A stretch of DNA of 63,311 bases, the filler included, from Platydemus manokwari (Eukaryota), in the NCBI GenBank assembly GCA_037951405.1. It is 6 parts of 6 records of this genome, joined end to end, with 100 filler letters (N's around TTAATTAATTAA, not from the genome) between each part and the next. Parts side by side here need not be neighbours in the genome. Positions count along the whole stretch, not along the records: positions 34,640 to 43,823 come from JBBMOY011286539.1; positions 43,924 to 53,093 come from JBBMOY011288650.1; 4 more parts are not named here. One strand, written 5' to 3'. Below, piece after piece: positions 37,996 to 53,093 of the stretch. Every line of letters starts with the position of its first letter. Position 1 is the stretch's first letter. The position numbers and the translations under genes are program-made. The notes below the pieces were generated by a model that saw only the letters and a program-made list of their open reading frames with translations, ran no database searches and was not told the origin of the DNA.

Positions 37996-40199
37996 TTATT
38001 TTCTATTTGGTGTCATAACTGTTATAAATGGTGCTCTATGTACCGAACATTCACAAATATCGATATCTGCAATTCTTATTTCAATTGATTTATTCGTATT
38101 TTGTTCCGTATCATCACAGAGTTTCGTTGCTTTATATTCATATTTTTTATATGGAACCTGTCAATGGAAATATATATTCATGAAGATTTTTCGGGAAACA
38201 ATCTCAACATTTTTGACAAATCGGCGAATGGAAAATAGTTATCATTATTATTTTAGAAGTTTCAATTTAATTTCAATAAATATATCGACTTTTCTGTGGT
38301 GTTTTTGATTTATTGATTTTTTATTAATACTTTGAGATATGATAAAATTATCGATCCAGAAATATAAATAGAAAAATTTCGTTATTTACCGATCAATGGC
38401 GAATAGTCTGTTTAAACTGGAAACAATTATAGATAAATTGAAAATCATTTTATCTAGAATCTAAATGATTCTCCATATATAGTCCAGGAGATTCGGGTCA
38501 CTTGGTTTGCTTGTAAACATTAATATTCTGTTACTTGTAATTGAAATTGGTATTTTTTAAAAATTTTTGAAAACAATTTATCTCTCAAATATAAATATAA
38601 AAATCCATTAAAAAGCTCCACTTGAAAATTGATTAAAATTGGGTTTGTGGACTTTTATTTCTGCGTGTAATAATTTCTTTCTTTGTCAATTGACCTAAAA
38701 ATAAACTTATAAACCAATCGATTTTTGAAATTTAGCAATACAATAAATCACAACTTTCTTGCCTTTCATTTTTATTTGACAAAAACATTTTACCCAAACA
38801 TGCTACCTGTCGATCAATCGATTTCGAAAAACATGACACTCAAATAATTAACGCCGTTATCAAATATTAATTAAACTAATTCACACCGTGAAAAAAACAC
38901 GATTTTCGATATCATTGTCAATGCATTGAGTCGACACTTGAAATGCAGCCGTCGAACTGCAGTCTATATCATTTCTAAAAATAACATCATTTTCATTTTG
39001 GAATTTTAAGCTTTATTTAAATTAAAGTAACAGCAAAAAAATCAATATTAAATATCCCAATATCCTGCCGATGATTAAAATTTTAAATTGCAAACCTTTC
39101 TAATTTCTAGAAGTATGAGAATTCAGTTTGTCAAATGCATTCTTTATCGATCTCCATTGATTATTTTGATACCATTTTAGTTACATTCCACATACATACT
39201 TACTGAGACCTTCAAAATCTGATTGGATAACTTATTAATGATAGTTTATGTAATTAAATGATATTTATTTCTTTATACTTGATTTGAAATGTTGTGTTGT
39301 TTATTGATTTTATAATGTTTGTGTTTGGTTCTTGATATAGCATAGATTAGAAACAATATAATTTGGACACCAAGGCTTGTATTGAGTGTTCATAAATTAT
39401 TTAATTGAGTAAATTGAAATATCATTAAAATGTAATGATTGAACTATTGGAGATGTCGAGACAAAATGGCAATTTAAAAAATAAGCAATTCATTAATTGA
39501 CACAACTACCACTCAATTAAGTAAGCAAATAAATTATTAACAAGAGCTGTCTAAAATAAACTTAATTTAATGAAATTAACCAAACCAAATTTCGATTAGT
39601 TCCACAGAAATTTAGATCAAATTTCTTGCGTTGTTGAAAATTAAATGTGATTATCGATTAACAATATTACAAAAATAAATCTGCTAGTTTTGCTCGGTAC
39701 TTTATGAAATTCTGTACCTGCAACAGGCCGTTTAATTTTTGTTTACCGATTTTATCTGTGTTATATTGATGACCTTAGCATTTGATGCCAATCAATGTCG
39801 TTCCGTAGTTGAGTTAAATCTAATTACATGTTTTTAACTCCTGTGGATGGCAGATGCACACTCATCACACACAATAATTATATAAATATTAAAAAAATAT
39901 ATTGTTTTATATGTTGGGAAATCATAGACCATAGTATCTATACACCAGTTACCTTAGAATAAATACATACAAGCTACACATCCATTAATTTCATAATTAA
40001 AATCTTAGAACCCTGTGCCTTGACTATAATGAAGCGATAGAAACGCAATCAGTCCCTATAGTTTGTGTCCAGAATGAATGTAGATATTTTGAAAATTTCG
40101 AATTTATTGATTTTAACTACATATTGATCGATTTTTACACTAATACTTTCTTTTGATTTTGAAGAAATATTTTTATTGTTAATTGATATTCTATTTAAT

Positions 40200-41750
40200 T
40201 GATTATGATTTTCAATATTATCAATTGTTTATTTATTTTTATTAATTGAGGTTATGAATGGGTGTCTGATAAACTTTCTTCTGTTTATGGACCGAAGACC
40301 ACCTGGTGGTCCAAGGTCAGACATACTGTTCAGTGAGTTTGTAGCTTTGGAATTGATTGTGTCTTTCACATTGAGAATTCTTCTATTCTTTTCAGCATCA
40401 CTCCGGCCAACCCTGATAAGGTCTTTCACATATCATTCCCTTCACAAATACAAAGATTGTCTAATCTTACATGATCCTGTCACAATGGTTTTCTTTCATC
40501 GTTGGACCAAATGTACATATCAGGAGAAACCCACTCTCTGTCTTTCGCTTTCACCCAAAAGTACGTCATGGCGTTCTCAAAGGTCATCATCTTCACCCTG
40601 AACTTTGGGAATTTATCATTAGAGCTTGGAATAATCTTCTGAAATTAAGCTTTCAACCATATCGAGCTCAAAAGCATTTGTCAATTGCTTGTCGAAGATA
40701 TAATGCCTCTCATGAATCTGCGCACATGTTCTTATTCACTGTCCTGCAACACCAAAACTTACTGCTGCTCGTCATAATGCTCTCTTGGATACTCAGGGTT
40801 ACTTTCTTATCTTTCGTGTGCCTAACACCTGTCGAGATAACCTCAACTTTACGCCATGACACTGTTGTCGGAGACTTTAAGAAAAAGTTTATTGTTATCT
40901 TAGGCTTGAAAATCTCTTATGACTTGATAGAAAATTTTCAGACAAGTGGTCCCAATAACCGAGATAAATCTACACAACTCGCCGTCGATATATGCAGGCG
41001 GAATCGACTCGACTCTTACCTTGACGTCATAAATCTTGGTATTCTTGATTCTTGGGACCTTCTAAACGATAATGCTTTCAATCTTTTAGACTTCGAATTT
41101 ATTAATCACATAAGTGATCCGGTATACCCACAATACCTACTCGAGTCACATTCGCAGTGATAACACAAGGCAAATAACAATCGGATCTTTACCTCTTCAT
41201 TCGAAACAATGAACAACACAGCTATGAAACCCACAATAATCACACCATATTGAGGCTCATCTTATCATCCATCATTATCACTATCATCCACAATCAATCA
41301 CACTGTCATATCACTCATCACCTCATCATCTCATTAATTCGTCGTATAATTAATCCCGAATTACCTATCTTTGCTTTCTCCTACCGATTTTTACTTTATC
41401 GTATCGGACTTGCTCGCCTTGTCTTCGGACTTGGCAAACCTTATCTACTCATGACTCGATTTTTCCCTCCTATTCTCTCTGGATGATATTGATCATAACT
41501 ATATCTTGCCATATGATTCGGTAAATATTTCAGATATTTTCCTGGACGAATCAGATTACGAACTTCCAACAATGAAAGTGAGCATATCTCCCTCTTCAGT
41601 CCGATGATAACCATCGTCGATTCCGGAGTAATCGGTGCTTGGAAGTGTGAAAAGTATCCTCCAGGGTCCGAAAGACAAAAGACATCAAGTGGTCCTGTTG
41701 CTCAGCAAGTCGGATTTATATGTTAAGATCACCTACCAAACTACTACATA
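40200..41750 (-). mobile_element. Degenerate retroelement coding region, possibly non-LTR ORF1 (RRM-like)
   Basis: GC-enriched island; broken minus-strand frames KIYDVKVRVESIPPAYIDGELCRFISVIG and ISTGVR resemble L1/Tx1-type ORF1; the plus-strand ORFs look like antisense shadows. Confidence 0.4.
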
Positions 41751-42104
41751 ATGTATATAAAAAATCTAATCATATAATCAGAAGTCACCCAATAAAATAA
41801 AAGTATAACTGTACAACACATACAAATCTCACTCAGTTACACAACATAACCCTTGATTATGGAAATTTCAGAATAAAATGAGAGCGGAGCGGAGAATCGG
41901 CGAGAGTGGCAAAGAAATGCAAATATAAACAACAGTCGACGTTTAATTTTTTGAAACAATATTTGAACAATGATTGTTATGTGTTGTTTTTATTTTATTA
42001 ATAACTCATGTTTGGATGTTATGAATAAGTATAAAAATCTTAGATATCATTCTTATTGCTTCTAATGTTAAAAGAAGGAGCCCTCGCTAATTTCAATTAA
42101 TTGC

Positions 42105-43640
42105 ATTTTGACCTACTTTGACCCATTTTTCAAATAATTAATTTTAAGGAGATTTTAAAAATCCTATGCATGTATTATTCGATTCTAAATAACTAAAATT
42201 TTACTCAAGTTCTTAAAGAAAAAATTCAAGATGTTATTAAAGATTTTAATTAAATAATCTATATAGATTTTTGCAATACACACTACAATTTTAAAATTTT
42301 ATTTTAGGACCCTAATTTTTAACTTTAGCCGAAAATCGTAATGATGACTTCTTTTGTAAAAACATTAGTTGCCACTTACATTTTTAATGGTGAAAATTGC
42401 TGGGTATAACGACCTATTAATCCAATCTTCTATAACCCGACATCATTAATCGTATCTCAAGAGCCAAAGCAACTGATATTGACTCTTATAGCCAGAGTGT
42501 ATATGCAAGTACCTCTGTTGATTATATATTTCTTACCATTCTGAGTACATCTAGAACAGACGTTTGTTTGGTCATCATAGGGGAGTAGCTATGGTTTCTT
42601 GTTTTAAAGGTTTGAAATTAGCTTAGAATTAAGTTTTTTCTCAATCTTAGATTTGGGTCTGATAAAGAAATTAAATAATACGCCAAGCAATCAATTGTGT
42701 GTTATTACGTTTTCAAAATGGTCTCGCTAATGAACGGTTGTAGATTTGTGTTGTAATACCTTCAAAGCCATACACTTAATGATCTAAAATTATTTTATCA
42801 GCGTTGTAAATAAAATAAGCCATATGCAAGAGTGTAATGAGAGATCATTGGTCATTTCTTGAAGATCTTTGTGATTAGTTTTACCTATACGATTTGATAT
42901 TTGAGTTTAAATAATTTTTTCACCTCAATTATTGTTACAAACATGTTTCATTTATCAAAACAATAAATTTCAGATTTTCCCGTCGATTATTTTTCCATAA
43001 TCTATTATAAAAACAGGCTAAATTTTCGATTCAAATCCCAATAAATTTGCCCTGATATCAATTATGTTTAAGAGTTGAGTGGCAAGTAAGAATGACTTTT
43101 GATTCCCAATCATATTTCATTTACGTATAATAATTTATATAACCATTATTTCTGGATGAATTCGACAACATATTTGTTTATAATTCTTATTAAATATAAA
43201 CCCATTATTTATTTATGTTTATTTTATGCATAAATTATTACGACAGACTAGTTTAGATTTGATGTTTAGAAATTAATTTTTTCGACATCTGTAAATAAAT
43301 CTTGACATTTTATTTAAATTTTTTGTGTACATTTGCCCTGCTTCCAGTTCTATCATTTAATGAAACTATAATCAGTATTTAGATATTAGTTAAATTTAGA
43401 TATCATTAATTAATTGTTGCCGGTTTTGGCTAAAATTAAAACAAAAGGGTCCTAAATTGAAATATTAAATAAGTTGAGTGCATTGAAAAATTCTATGTAG
43501 TTTATTTAATTGAATTCTTTAAAAAGAATTTGAATTTTTTATTTAAGTGCTTAAGAAGAATACGAGTTGTTGGAAATCAAATATTAAATAGACTTGAGCT
43601 TAAAAATCTCGTAAAATTTTATTATTTGAAAAAATGAAAA
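42105..43640. repeat. Pair of ~230-bp diverged inverted repeats (42105-42345 / 43415-43640) around a LINE-like remnant; third copy at ~55435-55670
   Basis: TTTAGGACCCT...TTTAGCC at ~42303 vs GGCTAAA...AGGGTCCTAAA at ~43428-43455, with extended similarity outward. Confidence 0.65.
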
Positions 43641-43823
43641 TTAATATTTTTAATATTATTACTATTATAATATTAATTACTATTATCATAATTATTATAG
43701 TTAAATAAATTTTAGATATTTAACTTGCTTAAAAAAACAAATTGATAGATATTCTTAATTTTTACAATTATTTTATAAAAATAACCAATGATATTATTAA
43801 ACATATCTGTAATTAACTAACTC

Positions 43824-43923
43824 NNNNNNNNNNNNNNNNNNNNNNNNNNNNNNNNNNNNNNNNNNNNTTAATTAATTAANNNNNNNNNNNNNNNNNNNNN
43901 NNNNNNNNNNNNNNNNNNNNNNN
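43824..43923. other. Artificial contig spacer
   Basis: N44-TTAATTAATTAA-N44. Confidence 0.97.
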
Positions 43924-44800
43924 CTATTTCTAATATTTTCTAATGTTTTTCCATAAATTGAATTATTTAATAACTTGTAGAAAAAATCACCGAAAGTATC
44001 CCCTTTTCTCTTTGCTTCATTTCTTTTCATTATATTATACCTTATATATGGTTCCAACCATTTAGATTTCTTAAATTTTAACTTTTTATGATTTTTTTTA
44101 TTTCCATTCCATGTTGAACAAACCAATCTAACATTGTTCCTTCTATAACATAATTATCCTTATCAAGCTGATTTAATACTAATTTTTCAGTTGTTTCATT
44201 TATAAGATTATTTATTTGATATTGAGATAATAAGTCTTTTTCTATTTTTAATTTTTCTGGAGAAAATGGAAAGTTCTTTGTATACTCATGTATTTCTTTT
44301 GGATATGATAAATTAACATCATATATATTCTTCTTTATCTACTAACTTTTCTAACCTTTGGTTGATTCTTTCTCTAGGGGTATAAGTTGGTCCAACCTCT
44401 TCCATTTCTCCCGTTGGTAAAGGTAAACACATACAACTCGAATATAATGAGTTATTATCATAATATTTTATATGTGATTCTTTAAAATATTTATTGTTAG
44501 CAAAAGATTCATCTGTTGTATTAGGATTAAAAAATCTTTCATTATTTCTTCTAATTCATATCATTTTACTTCACGAAAACATTCAAAATTTGGATTTGTT
44601 ATTTTATTATTACAAACCGATCTTCTTTTCCCATGAACTCCAGCAATTCCCCCTCTTATTCCCTTTTCAATTATTAAAAGATTATTACATGTTTCTTCTT
44701 TAAAATATTTTAATTTTGTTTGACAAAATTTCATTCCAGCATTCCAAGATAATCCGGGTGTGCTATAGCAATAACACGGATCTATTTCATAATCACTATA
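43924..44800 (-). mobile_element. Degenerate protein-primed family B DNA polymerase fragment (Polinton/Maverick or adintovirus-like)
   Basis: YEIDPCYCYSTPGLSW; YDNNSLYSSCMCLPLPTG (motif A); KWLEPYIRYN..KR..A...DFFYKLLNNSIYGKTLENIR (motif B). Confidence 0.85.
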
Positions 44801-45005
44801 ACACTTACAAATAATCCTGGCAAATAAAGAGTGACATAACGAGCGCTTAATCTGAATATCATATTAATATCACAATCATCAACAATTATTATTACCTCGA
44901 AATCTCAACATCTTGATTTATCAATACCAGAAATGGTTCGATGTTGAGATGGAAGCAAGCCAGAATCAGGTAAACCAAAGTCATCACAATCATTGCTGAA
45001 TGATA

Positions 45006-45155
45006 NNNNNNNNNNNNNNNNNNNNNNNNNNNNNNNNNNNNNNNNNNNNNNNNNNNNNNNNNNNNNNNNNNNNNNNNNNNNNNNNNNNNNNNNNNNNNNN
45101 NNNNNNNNNNNNNNNNNNNNNNNNNNNNNNNNNNNNNNNNNNNNNNNNNNNNNNN
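45006..45155. other. Intra-scaffold gap (150 N, no linker)
   Basis: N run. Confidence 0.97.
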
Positions 45156-45735
45156 ATTGTATTCGTCGATTTATGTCGTAATATAAAATTTATTTCGTAA
45201 CTACTGAAGAATGGTTTAAAGAAAAAGAAAAGGAAAGCTTCTGTTAAATATAAGGAAACAATAAATTAGGCTAAGCAGAAACACAAAATATCTTTTAGAT
45301 AAACAAATCGTCAATATTTTAATGAGGAATAAACTCGTATTGAAATCACCATTTTATTTGTTGACTTAAGAATATTTTTTTGCCTCTTTTATTTTATCAA
45401 AACATCGATTTAGTTAAAAGATGTAATGCGCTCTTAGAGAAACAATACATAACACATTCTCATTGCAATTATCAGAATCTGATAAATGTGTTTATTTATT
45501 GTTGAAAAAAACAAGGCTAACCTCTTTGTAACATCAGCCCTAATCGTTTCTTATTGTTGCTACCGTATACCTGAAGATGATAATTGAGATTTTCATTGAT
45601 CAGTGCAACCTACTTGGGCAAATAATGTATCACATGATGTTGAAAATCCAAAATCAATTGCAACACCGAAAACATTTATCAACTGAAAATTAAAATTTCA
45701 TTATGATAGATTTTTCATTATTACAAATACAATGA

Positions 45736-45850
45736 CATAATAATAAATATAATAATAATAATAATACTAATAAAAATAATAATAATAATAATAATAACAA
45801 TAATAATAATCATAATCATAATAATAATCATAATCATAATATTAGTATTA
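45736..45850. repeat. (AAT)n / (AATCAT)n microsatellite
   Basis: Visible tandem runs. Confidence 0.9.
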
Positions 45851-45999
45851 CAAATCTTTAATTAATTGTTTACTTTAATAATTAATTTCTAAATGTTTTC
45901 TCCAAAGTGATCTATTTATAGCTTTCTTATGAAAATAATCGTTAAAATCAAAAATTATAATTATAATAAATTTCAATCAATATTTTATTGAGGTTTTTA

Positions 46000-48250
46000 A
46001 AGAAATTAATTTAATCGGTTCATTCTCATATTGGAGTTTGATTTTCAGTCGATTTCGTTGTAGACATGGGCAGAAATATTTATTCACGTCATTTCGTCTA
46101 AAATATTCACCAAAATGCTGAACTATTGAATCTCTCTGCCATCATAAATGCATCACAAATTCTTTATTTATCACCGAATCCTGTTATACAATAACGATAT
46201 GGTATCAGCATCTCTCGATAATTAAGTAATAACTGACGATGAATCATTTCTTCGGTTTTTCTCGATTTCTTTTCTCATTTTGCTTATTCCTAATATCTTA
46301 CTTTTTTTATTATTCTCGATATATTTTCTTTTAAACTTATTTTATCGTTGTATCTCGACATAATCAATATCGTCATGTAATATTGATAACCATATTTAAG
46401 TTCTCAAGTCACGTTAATCCAATATCTACTTTTTAATAAAACCATGCTCAATGTATAACTCAAATCTCTTTAAAGTCCACTTTATCTCTTTGAATCTTTC
46501 TCTTCGTCTCGGTTCCAATATCTCTAGATATTAATTTACATCTAATTTTCGGTGTGATTTTATTTTACATCCCACACCAATTTGAAATTATGAAATCTGC
46601 GGAATTAGATTCGTGATTATAGCTTTTACATGAACATACAATAGATTAGAATGGCTGTGGAACTTGTTGCTTCACCTTATTTAGACATTTTTAACGAGTT
46701 TATCAGTTTACTGAATCTATCTTTATTTATTCCGGAAATTTCAAGCTCTTCCTAAGTAAGAATATCTCTTTTGTTCGACCTTGATCTATATTCTTTTTGC
46801 ACAGATCAGTTCTTAATATATCCTTGATGGTTTTAATCATAGCTGGTCATAAAAGCTAACTCTTAAGCACTCGAAAGACTTCTTACCTAGGATCTGGCAC
46901 AATTACTAGTTTGACCAATAATCTCAACTGGATTCTTAATCCAACAATATAATTTATATTGCTTCTGTTTGATATAATCAAGCATCTTCAACATTTAGTT
47001 CATCTTTAATTTTCTTCAGAGAATCGATTTTCCAAAATTCTATACCATCTCGCAATTAACTTCTCCATATCTTTTTTAATGATTTATTTCATTTTCAAAA
47101 GGATTTCATTTATCCGGATTTATCTCAATATCCAATTGGTATTCACAACTAAATACAATAATTGATTATGATTTATCTCTGTCGTTGTCGAGATTAAAAA
47201 ATCATCCAAAACAAATCCTATCCACAATTAGTTCCTCAAGTTCTCACATTTTGCTGTGACTGCGAATAATCAAAACCGTAGCCAGATGAAAACTGGTCAA
47301 TTTACTTACTAAATGCTGTAGCACCTTGTGTATCATGAATAAATCAACCGGAAACACATCAGATATAACATTAAAATAATATCTGGTATAGCACTGTTGA
47401 ACTCCTCGATTATTGAATGATTTACGATAAATGCCTTACATAAAGATAAATGTAAATACCTTCAATACGATAAACAATTATAGGAATTCAATTGGCTTTG
47501 GCAAAACGATATAAAAGCCTGTTTTAATAACTAATCCTCATTTTGTCACTTGAAATGCATATGTTGTCATCTTGACCTTTGATGTATTCGATTTCTCGTT
47601 GAAAGAATGTCACCAAATATCCAAGTTATTATACTTAGATTGAAATTCGAAGCCATAAATATACCACCGCATTTCATTGTAAAGATTCATTATTGTTATT
47701 CTTCAATTTCAATGACACAAAAAACTTCCACAATTTCTCGCAAAAACCTCACTAAGACTCCCCAACTCGTCCTCATTTCAGCTACTATATATTTAACTAT
47801 CACTAAATTATTTTTCGTTCAAACTTCGACTGATGAATAGCATTTCTTCTAGTTACCTTCTGATTATATTAATGTTTTATATAAGAAATGAGGGTTACAA
47901 GTTGTCTCTGGTTTTTGTAATTTTATTCATCATGTAGAGGAATCCTTAATCCGATCTTTGAGATTACGTATATTGTTGTTATAGGCGATTTTCTCTGAAA
48001 TTTCATCTATCGTGTTCACAAAATACGTATCTGTCTTGTGCTCACATAAGTTTCTCGAATCGTAATTCTCATTTGATTAACAGCAATTACTAGCACATTA
48101 TCTTTCGTTTTTATGTTATTCTAAACCACATCTCTGATTTGTTAGCATTTATTATGTCTGTTTATCATATCAACGAGTCCCGAATTGGTTCTGATTTGAC
48201 TGATAGGTTGTTTGTATAATGAGCTATTCCTGATTTATCCGAGGAATCCA
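46000..48250 (-). mobile_element. Old, heavily decayed Ty3/Gypsy gag-pol remnant
   Basis: Minus-strand fragments GATAFSK and VLDDFLIS (~47190-47330, RT motifs); A-rich coding-strand bias. Confidence 0.5.
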
Positions 48251-49057
48251 TGGATCTCCATATTTATTATTATGACATATCATTTTATTAGAGTAAAAAT
48301 TTGACTGACATCAATCAATTACAAGAATATATAGCAAAATAAACGAAATGATTTCAAAACACTGTAGATATCAGATAAGGTCAACGCCCTATGCCAAATT
48401 TACTACATATGACAACGAGTTTCGATTTTTATCCTAATAATGATATTAGAATACCAAATTGGTATTCCCAGGGGTCACGTTCTTCAGTGTTATCTCGGGT
48501 TTACAAAATAGAAATACAAATATCGTAATGTGTGCTTTGTGTCATCCATTCTATCTTTGTTTATCTCAATATTTTCCCAGCTCCATTTAATAATTGTTTC
48601 CCTCTTATTATTTATTGATTGATGAACATTATTTCTCGATGCACAGAGGGATGTGAGATAAATCTTGAATTATTAATACGCTTTGTTCGTTTTTATGATT
48701 CGTCAAAACCAATTCTGGATCAGTGAGTCTGCCAGCTCCATTAGAAAGATGAGTAAATTATTCAATCTCGATTTTCTTATCAATCTACTGATATTGTATT
48801 TGTTTAACAAGTTGTTCTCCTTTGATATTCTCTGAGTACAGAAAGCAGTTAATTGATTATTGATGAAAACAAAGTGAGAAAATACTGTCTTGTGACATTT
48901 TGCAATATTTTAAGATACAAGGAAATACTTCCGGCATTTCAAATATTAATTTTATAAAGAATTCAATGGGATTATTCACAGGCAATTATTAAATGAAAAT
49001 CTAGTTTGTCTGTTGATGTATTTATAGAAATTAAAGTGATAGATGTACATGAATGAA

Positions 49058-49121
<64 letters not shown>
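49058..49121. repeat. (ATT)n microsatellite
   Basis: About 21 perfect ATT units. Confidence 0.95.
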
Positions 49122-49124
<3 letters not shown>

Positions 49125-50499
49125 ATTTTCATTTAAAATTCACCGCTCATCAGGAATTCATATAAAAAATAATACATTTCACGACACATCAAATTATATC
49201 AACAAGTAAACAATACATCGTCTTAATATTCGGTCGATGTTACCAAAAATACATTGTTACATTTAATGTATCGAACTTAACTCGTTAGCCATGACCAAAA
49301 AAGGTTACATAGTTTTTTTACTACATTGTTAATTAAAATATTTATTATTATTAACTTTCACAACATTCATAAAAATTTTGCTTAAGTTACTTTTACACAT
49401 TGATTTAAATTACTAAATATAAAACAATGATTAAAAAGTATTATTGACACAAAATTGTTAAGATTTAATGTTATTTTCGCCTCGCTTGGCCAGATTCCCA
49501 ACATACTGGTAGCTGGAATGTATTTGTGTTATTACATTTTAATTTGATATAAAACATCTTCAATAATAATTGGGCCTAACGATCTTCTATTTTCTGGAAT
49601 TGTCAATCCCTGTGCGCATTGTTGTTTTACCGATTTGGAATCTTAAATTTATGTCATCTCTCATTGGCTGACTACTATGTCTATAATTATATACATACCG
49701 TGAAAGTATGTACATCTGTAATTGATTAAATAAAGGGTTTCATAATGTTATAATCTTATTTTGAAGTGACCTAGTCTTTACTTTACAATATATTTATTTA
49801 AAAGATATTATTAAATATAGCATAAACATATTTAGATGAAACTTTGGTCTCTTGATATTTTTTTATTCTCGAAAGATTATTTTGATAAATAATCAGCTTT
49901 ATTCTATAATGCACGGTTTAAGAAACAATAAATCTTATAGTGATAGGAATCTCGCCAAATTCGAATAAGTTTATTTGCACCATCTATTTTTCATTGAATG
50001 ATACCTTGAACGATAATACAAAAAGTATCTTTTATTTTCAATAATTGTCGAAATATTTCTTGTTATTTTTATAACCTTTTGAATTAGGAGGGCAAAATTT
50101 ATGAGCGAGCATTTTCCACAGATCAAATTGTTATTTTTGATAAGATTGTCAGAATCTTTTTAAGCGTTCTCTGGTGGACACATTTTATATATTTGAGATG
50201 ATAATTTTATGCCTGTTGCAATTGAGATTCTTAGATCCACTGATTGATCGGAATCTATTGTTATGTTTCAGATTGTTTGCTGCGATTGAAAATGAGCATG
50301 CGTTGATAGTTTTGAGGTTCCTAAAGTTTGAATATAAGACTTTTTTCGTAAATATTATTAGTCGAAGTTATGTTCACATTTATTGGGATTTTTCCACAAA
50401 GCTCTATAGTTGGTATGTTAGAATGTTTTAGAAGTTTAATTAATATTTTGGTTAGTAAAATCACATTAGGTGGAATAGTTTTCTATTAATAAGGTGCTG

Positions 50500-51800
50500 A
50501 TTAGAAAAGATAAAATGATGTTGATATAAATTTTGTCTACGCCTATAACATCGAGTATTTGATTGTTATTTTTATCTCAGGAGCACATCACACCATTATT
50601 TTGGACAAGTGGTCCTAATTTTCGCTAATTTTCTAGTTTGAGAATCGTATGGTTGTGCCTATCCTATCGAATGCCGGCCTCGAGAAGAAGAAAATCACGT
50701 TTATCACCTATTTTCTAATAAAGGCAATGCTCAAAAGATGCCTACTCTCCAAAACTGGTCAGTAAAAACAGCATGTCAATAACTGAACCTTTGCCAATGT
50801 TGCAGAGCGAATGAGAAAAATTCAAATGGATAAATAAAATGGAGAATATGAGATTCATCTATATTAAAAATTCAATTTAAAAGTCGATTTGAGGATATGT
50901 GTCACCGCGTCTATAAAAATTTTTTGTTTCCATATTATAAATTTTAATTTTTTTGGTTGGAAAAAATGATGGTTGAGATATTCGGTGAAATGAAGGAATA
51001 AAATATATATTTCGGTAAAGTGCTAACAATACTCTGGGTATAATATTCTAGTAGAGAGAATTAAAAAGAAAAGGTGATAAAAGAAAAGAATAATGATTGA
51101 TTTGGAACCTTTTACTTGTAAAATCTGCTTCATCGATCAAATGCCTAAAATTTTCGTTATTGCCAATGAAGATCAGAAGGTGTCACAAATTGGTGATTGT
51201 AAGGACTTGTTGGAATCGGAATGAAAATTCAAAATGAATAAATGTATTGAAAGTCTTAAAGACACCGAGATACAATTGAGATTGGAGGAGGTTTACAATT
51301 ACGGAAACAGATTTGTCATTAATGGTAAGATTGATGCTCTCGGGAAAGTATAGTATCGATATTATTGGACGTCAATTGTGAGGTGTGTGGGCTGATTAAG
51401 TTTAAATTTAAGATTTTCACTTTACCTATTTAGAATTATTAAGCCATCACCATAAAGTCTTTCCATATCCAGTAAAAAGTGTGTAATACAAAGAGACAGA
51501 AATATAGGGTTTTAATTCAGAGCTGCACTCATAGACTATTAGGAAGGCTTATTGTGATAAAAAAAAACGGGTGAGTATTGTGCTCAGCACAGCTATCAAC
51601 GGAAAGATAACTGACTGGTTTTAAAAAAGAACATTACTGGATACGATTATATTAATTTAAGTAATTGTGAAGGAGATTTCGTAAAACGTGTCTCTGAAAG
51701 CAAGTGAGTTTCCAGGAGATACGATGTGGGAAGTACATTGCTAACACAGTTAAAAAGAAGATTCGGCTCATTGAATCGGTTGTTAATATTTTAGCAAAGT
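50500..51800 (+). mobile_element. Decayed LINE (CR1/Jockey-like) remnant
   Basis: INGKITDWF and SEFPGDTM fragments (~51595-51730) resemble the GI.GK...W / SGVPQG RT motifs. Confidence 0.35.
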
Positions 51801-53093
51801 ACTGATTTGGTAATTTCCTTTAAATAATAATTTGCTCGATCTCTCATCTCATTTTCAACTATTCCTCAGACCCATTAAATAATTTATTTTAATACTTAAT
51901 ATTTTCATTTCTCAAATTTAAAATTGATAGGATTAAATTCCGAGCACTTAGAAGGGCAATCCAATACATTAAATGCTTCTAAAATTAAATGATTTTAAAC
52001 TTGTTAAAATATCTTGTTTCGGTTGTTTTGGTTTTGAAATCAGAGATCTCAGATTTTAAATGATTTAAGAAATAATGGACGGATTAAATGAAATGTACTA
52101 GCCTTTATATTTAGAAATTGAGAATCGATACGTAAAAGTGAAACATATAGACCTTAAAAAATGATGTGTTGTGTAATAACAAATTATCCTTAAGCGAAAA
52201 ATAAATAACTCAATCGATTATCATATCATTGTATTTGTGTAGGCACGCATTGAAAACGAATCAAAACGTCACAACAGATAAAAGTATTTGATCAATTATT
52301 TAAGATAAATAATATTTCTATTATAATTCCTGAATACATATAATTTTGGGTCCTTTATGAAATTATCATTTCCTTTATAATTTTTCATTTTCTAAGCGAT
52401 TTTAGTTAAGTTAAAATCGAATACATTTCATCTAAAAATATATCGATATGGGGATGTATTAAAACTTTGATTTTTAAGTGGTTTCAAGTCAAATTTCTTT
52501 GTTAAAACCTTTCAATCAAACCTTTCAAATTATATGACAATTCTCGGAAGTGAAAACATGTACCTGAACATTGCATTCAGTCTTTGTACTTTTACCAAAT
52601 TGATTTGAAAAAAGGAAATAATTATAAATATTAGAAAATATTTTTCTCTGCTGATAATTATATCATTGAAAATATCCATAAAATTAATAATTTCGTGACT
52701 GAAAGAATTATTTCAATACACAACCAGATTATTTCCAATCTAATGACAGAGGAAATGTATTTTGCCTTGATTAAATGACATCTAAAACAGGATTTCGTCG
52801 AAAACAAAAATAAGTAATTTGATTTTTCTTTTTCTCTTTTAAATGTTAGTTTAATCTTTATTTTTCGATTTGTTGTTAAATGTAAATGTCGTCAAAAGTA
52901 AAAAAAAAAAAGAGACTTATTGTTAAAAAAGAACTCAATATTCAAAGATTTCCTAAAAAATCATTCTATCAGAAATTAGCTAAGTATATCGGTTGAGTAA
53001 ATCAGATTGAATAATCGAAAAATAATTATAAATCTCTTTTTTAATATATTAATACAACATTAATGTAATTATTAATATATTCATTGTAAAATT

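Noticed and set aside
40471-41160. 229-aa plus-strand ORF
   Set aside because: No recognisable motif; best explained as an antisense shadow of a decayed minus-strand TE frame
48440-49720. GIPQGS RT-like and GIY-YIG-like fragments
   Set aside because: Too short and degenerate to call as Penelope/LINE features
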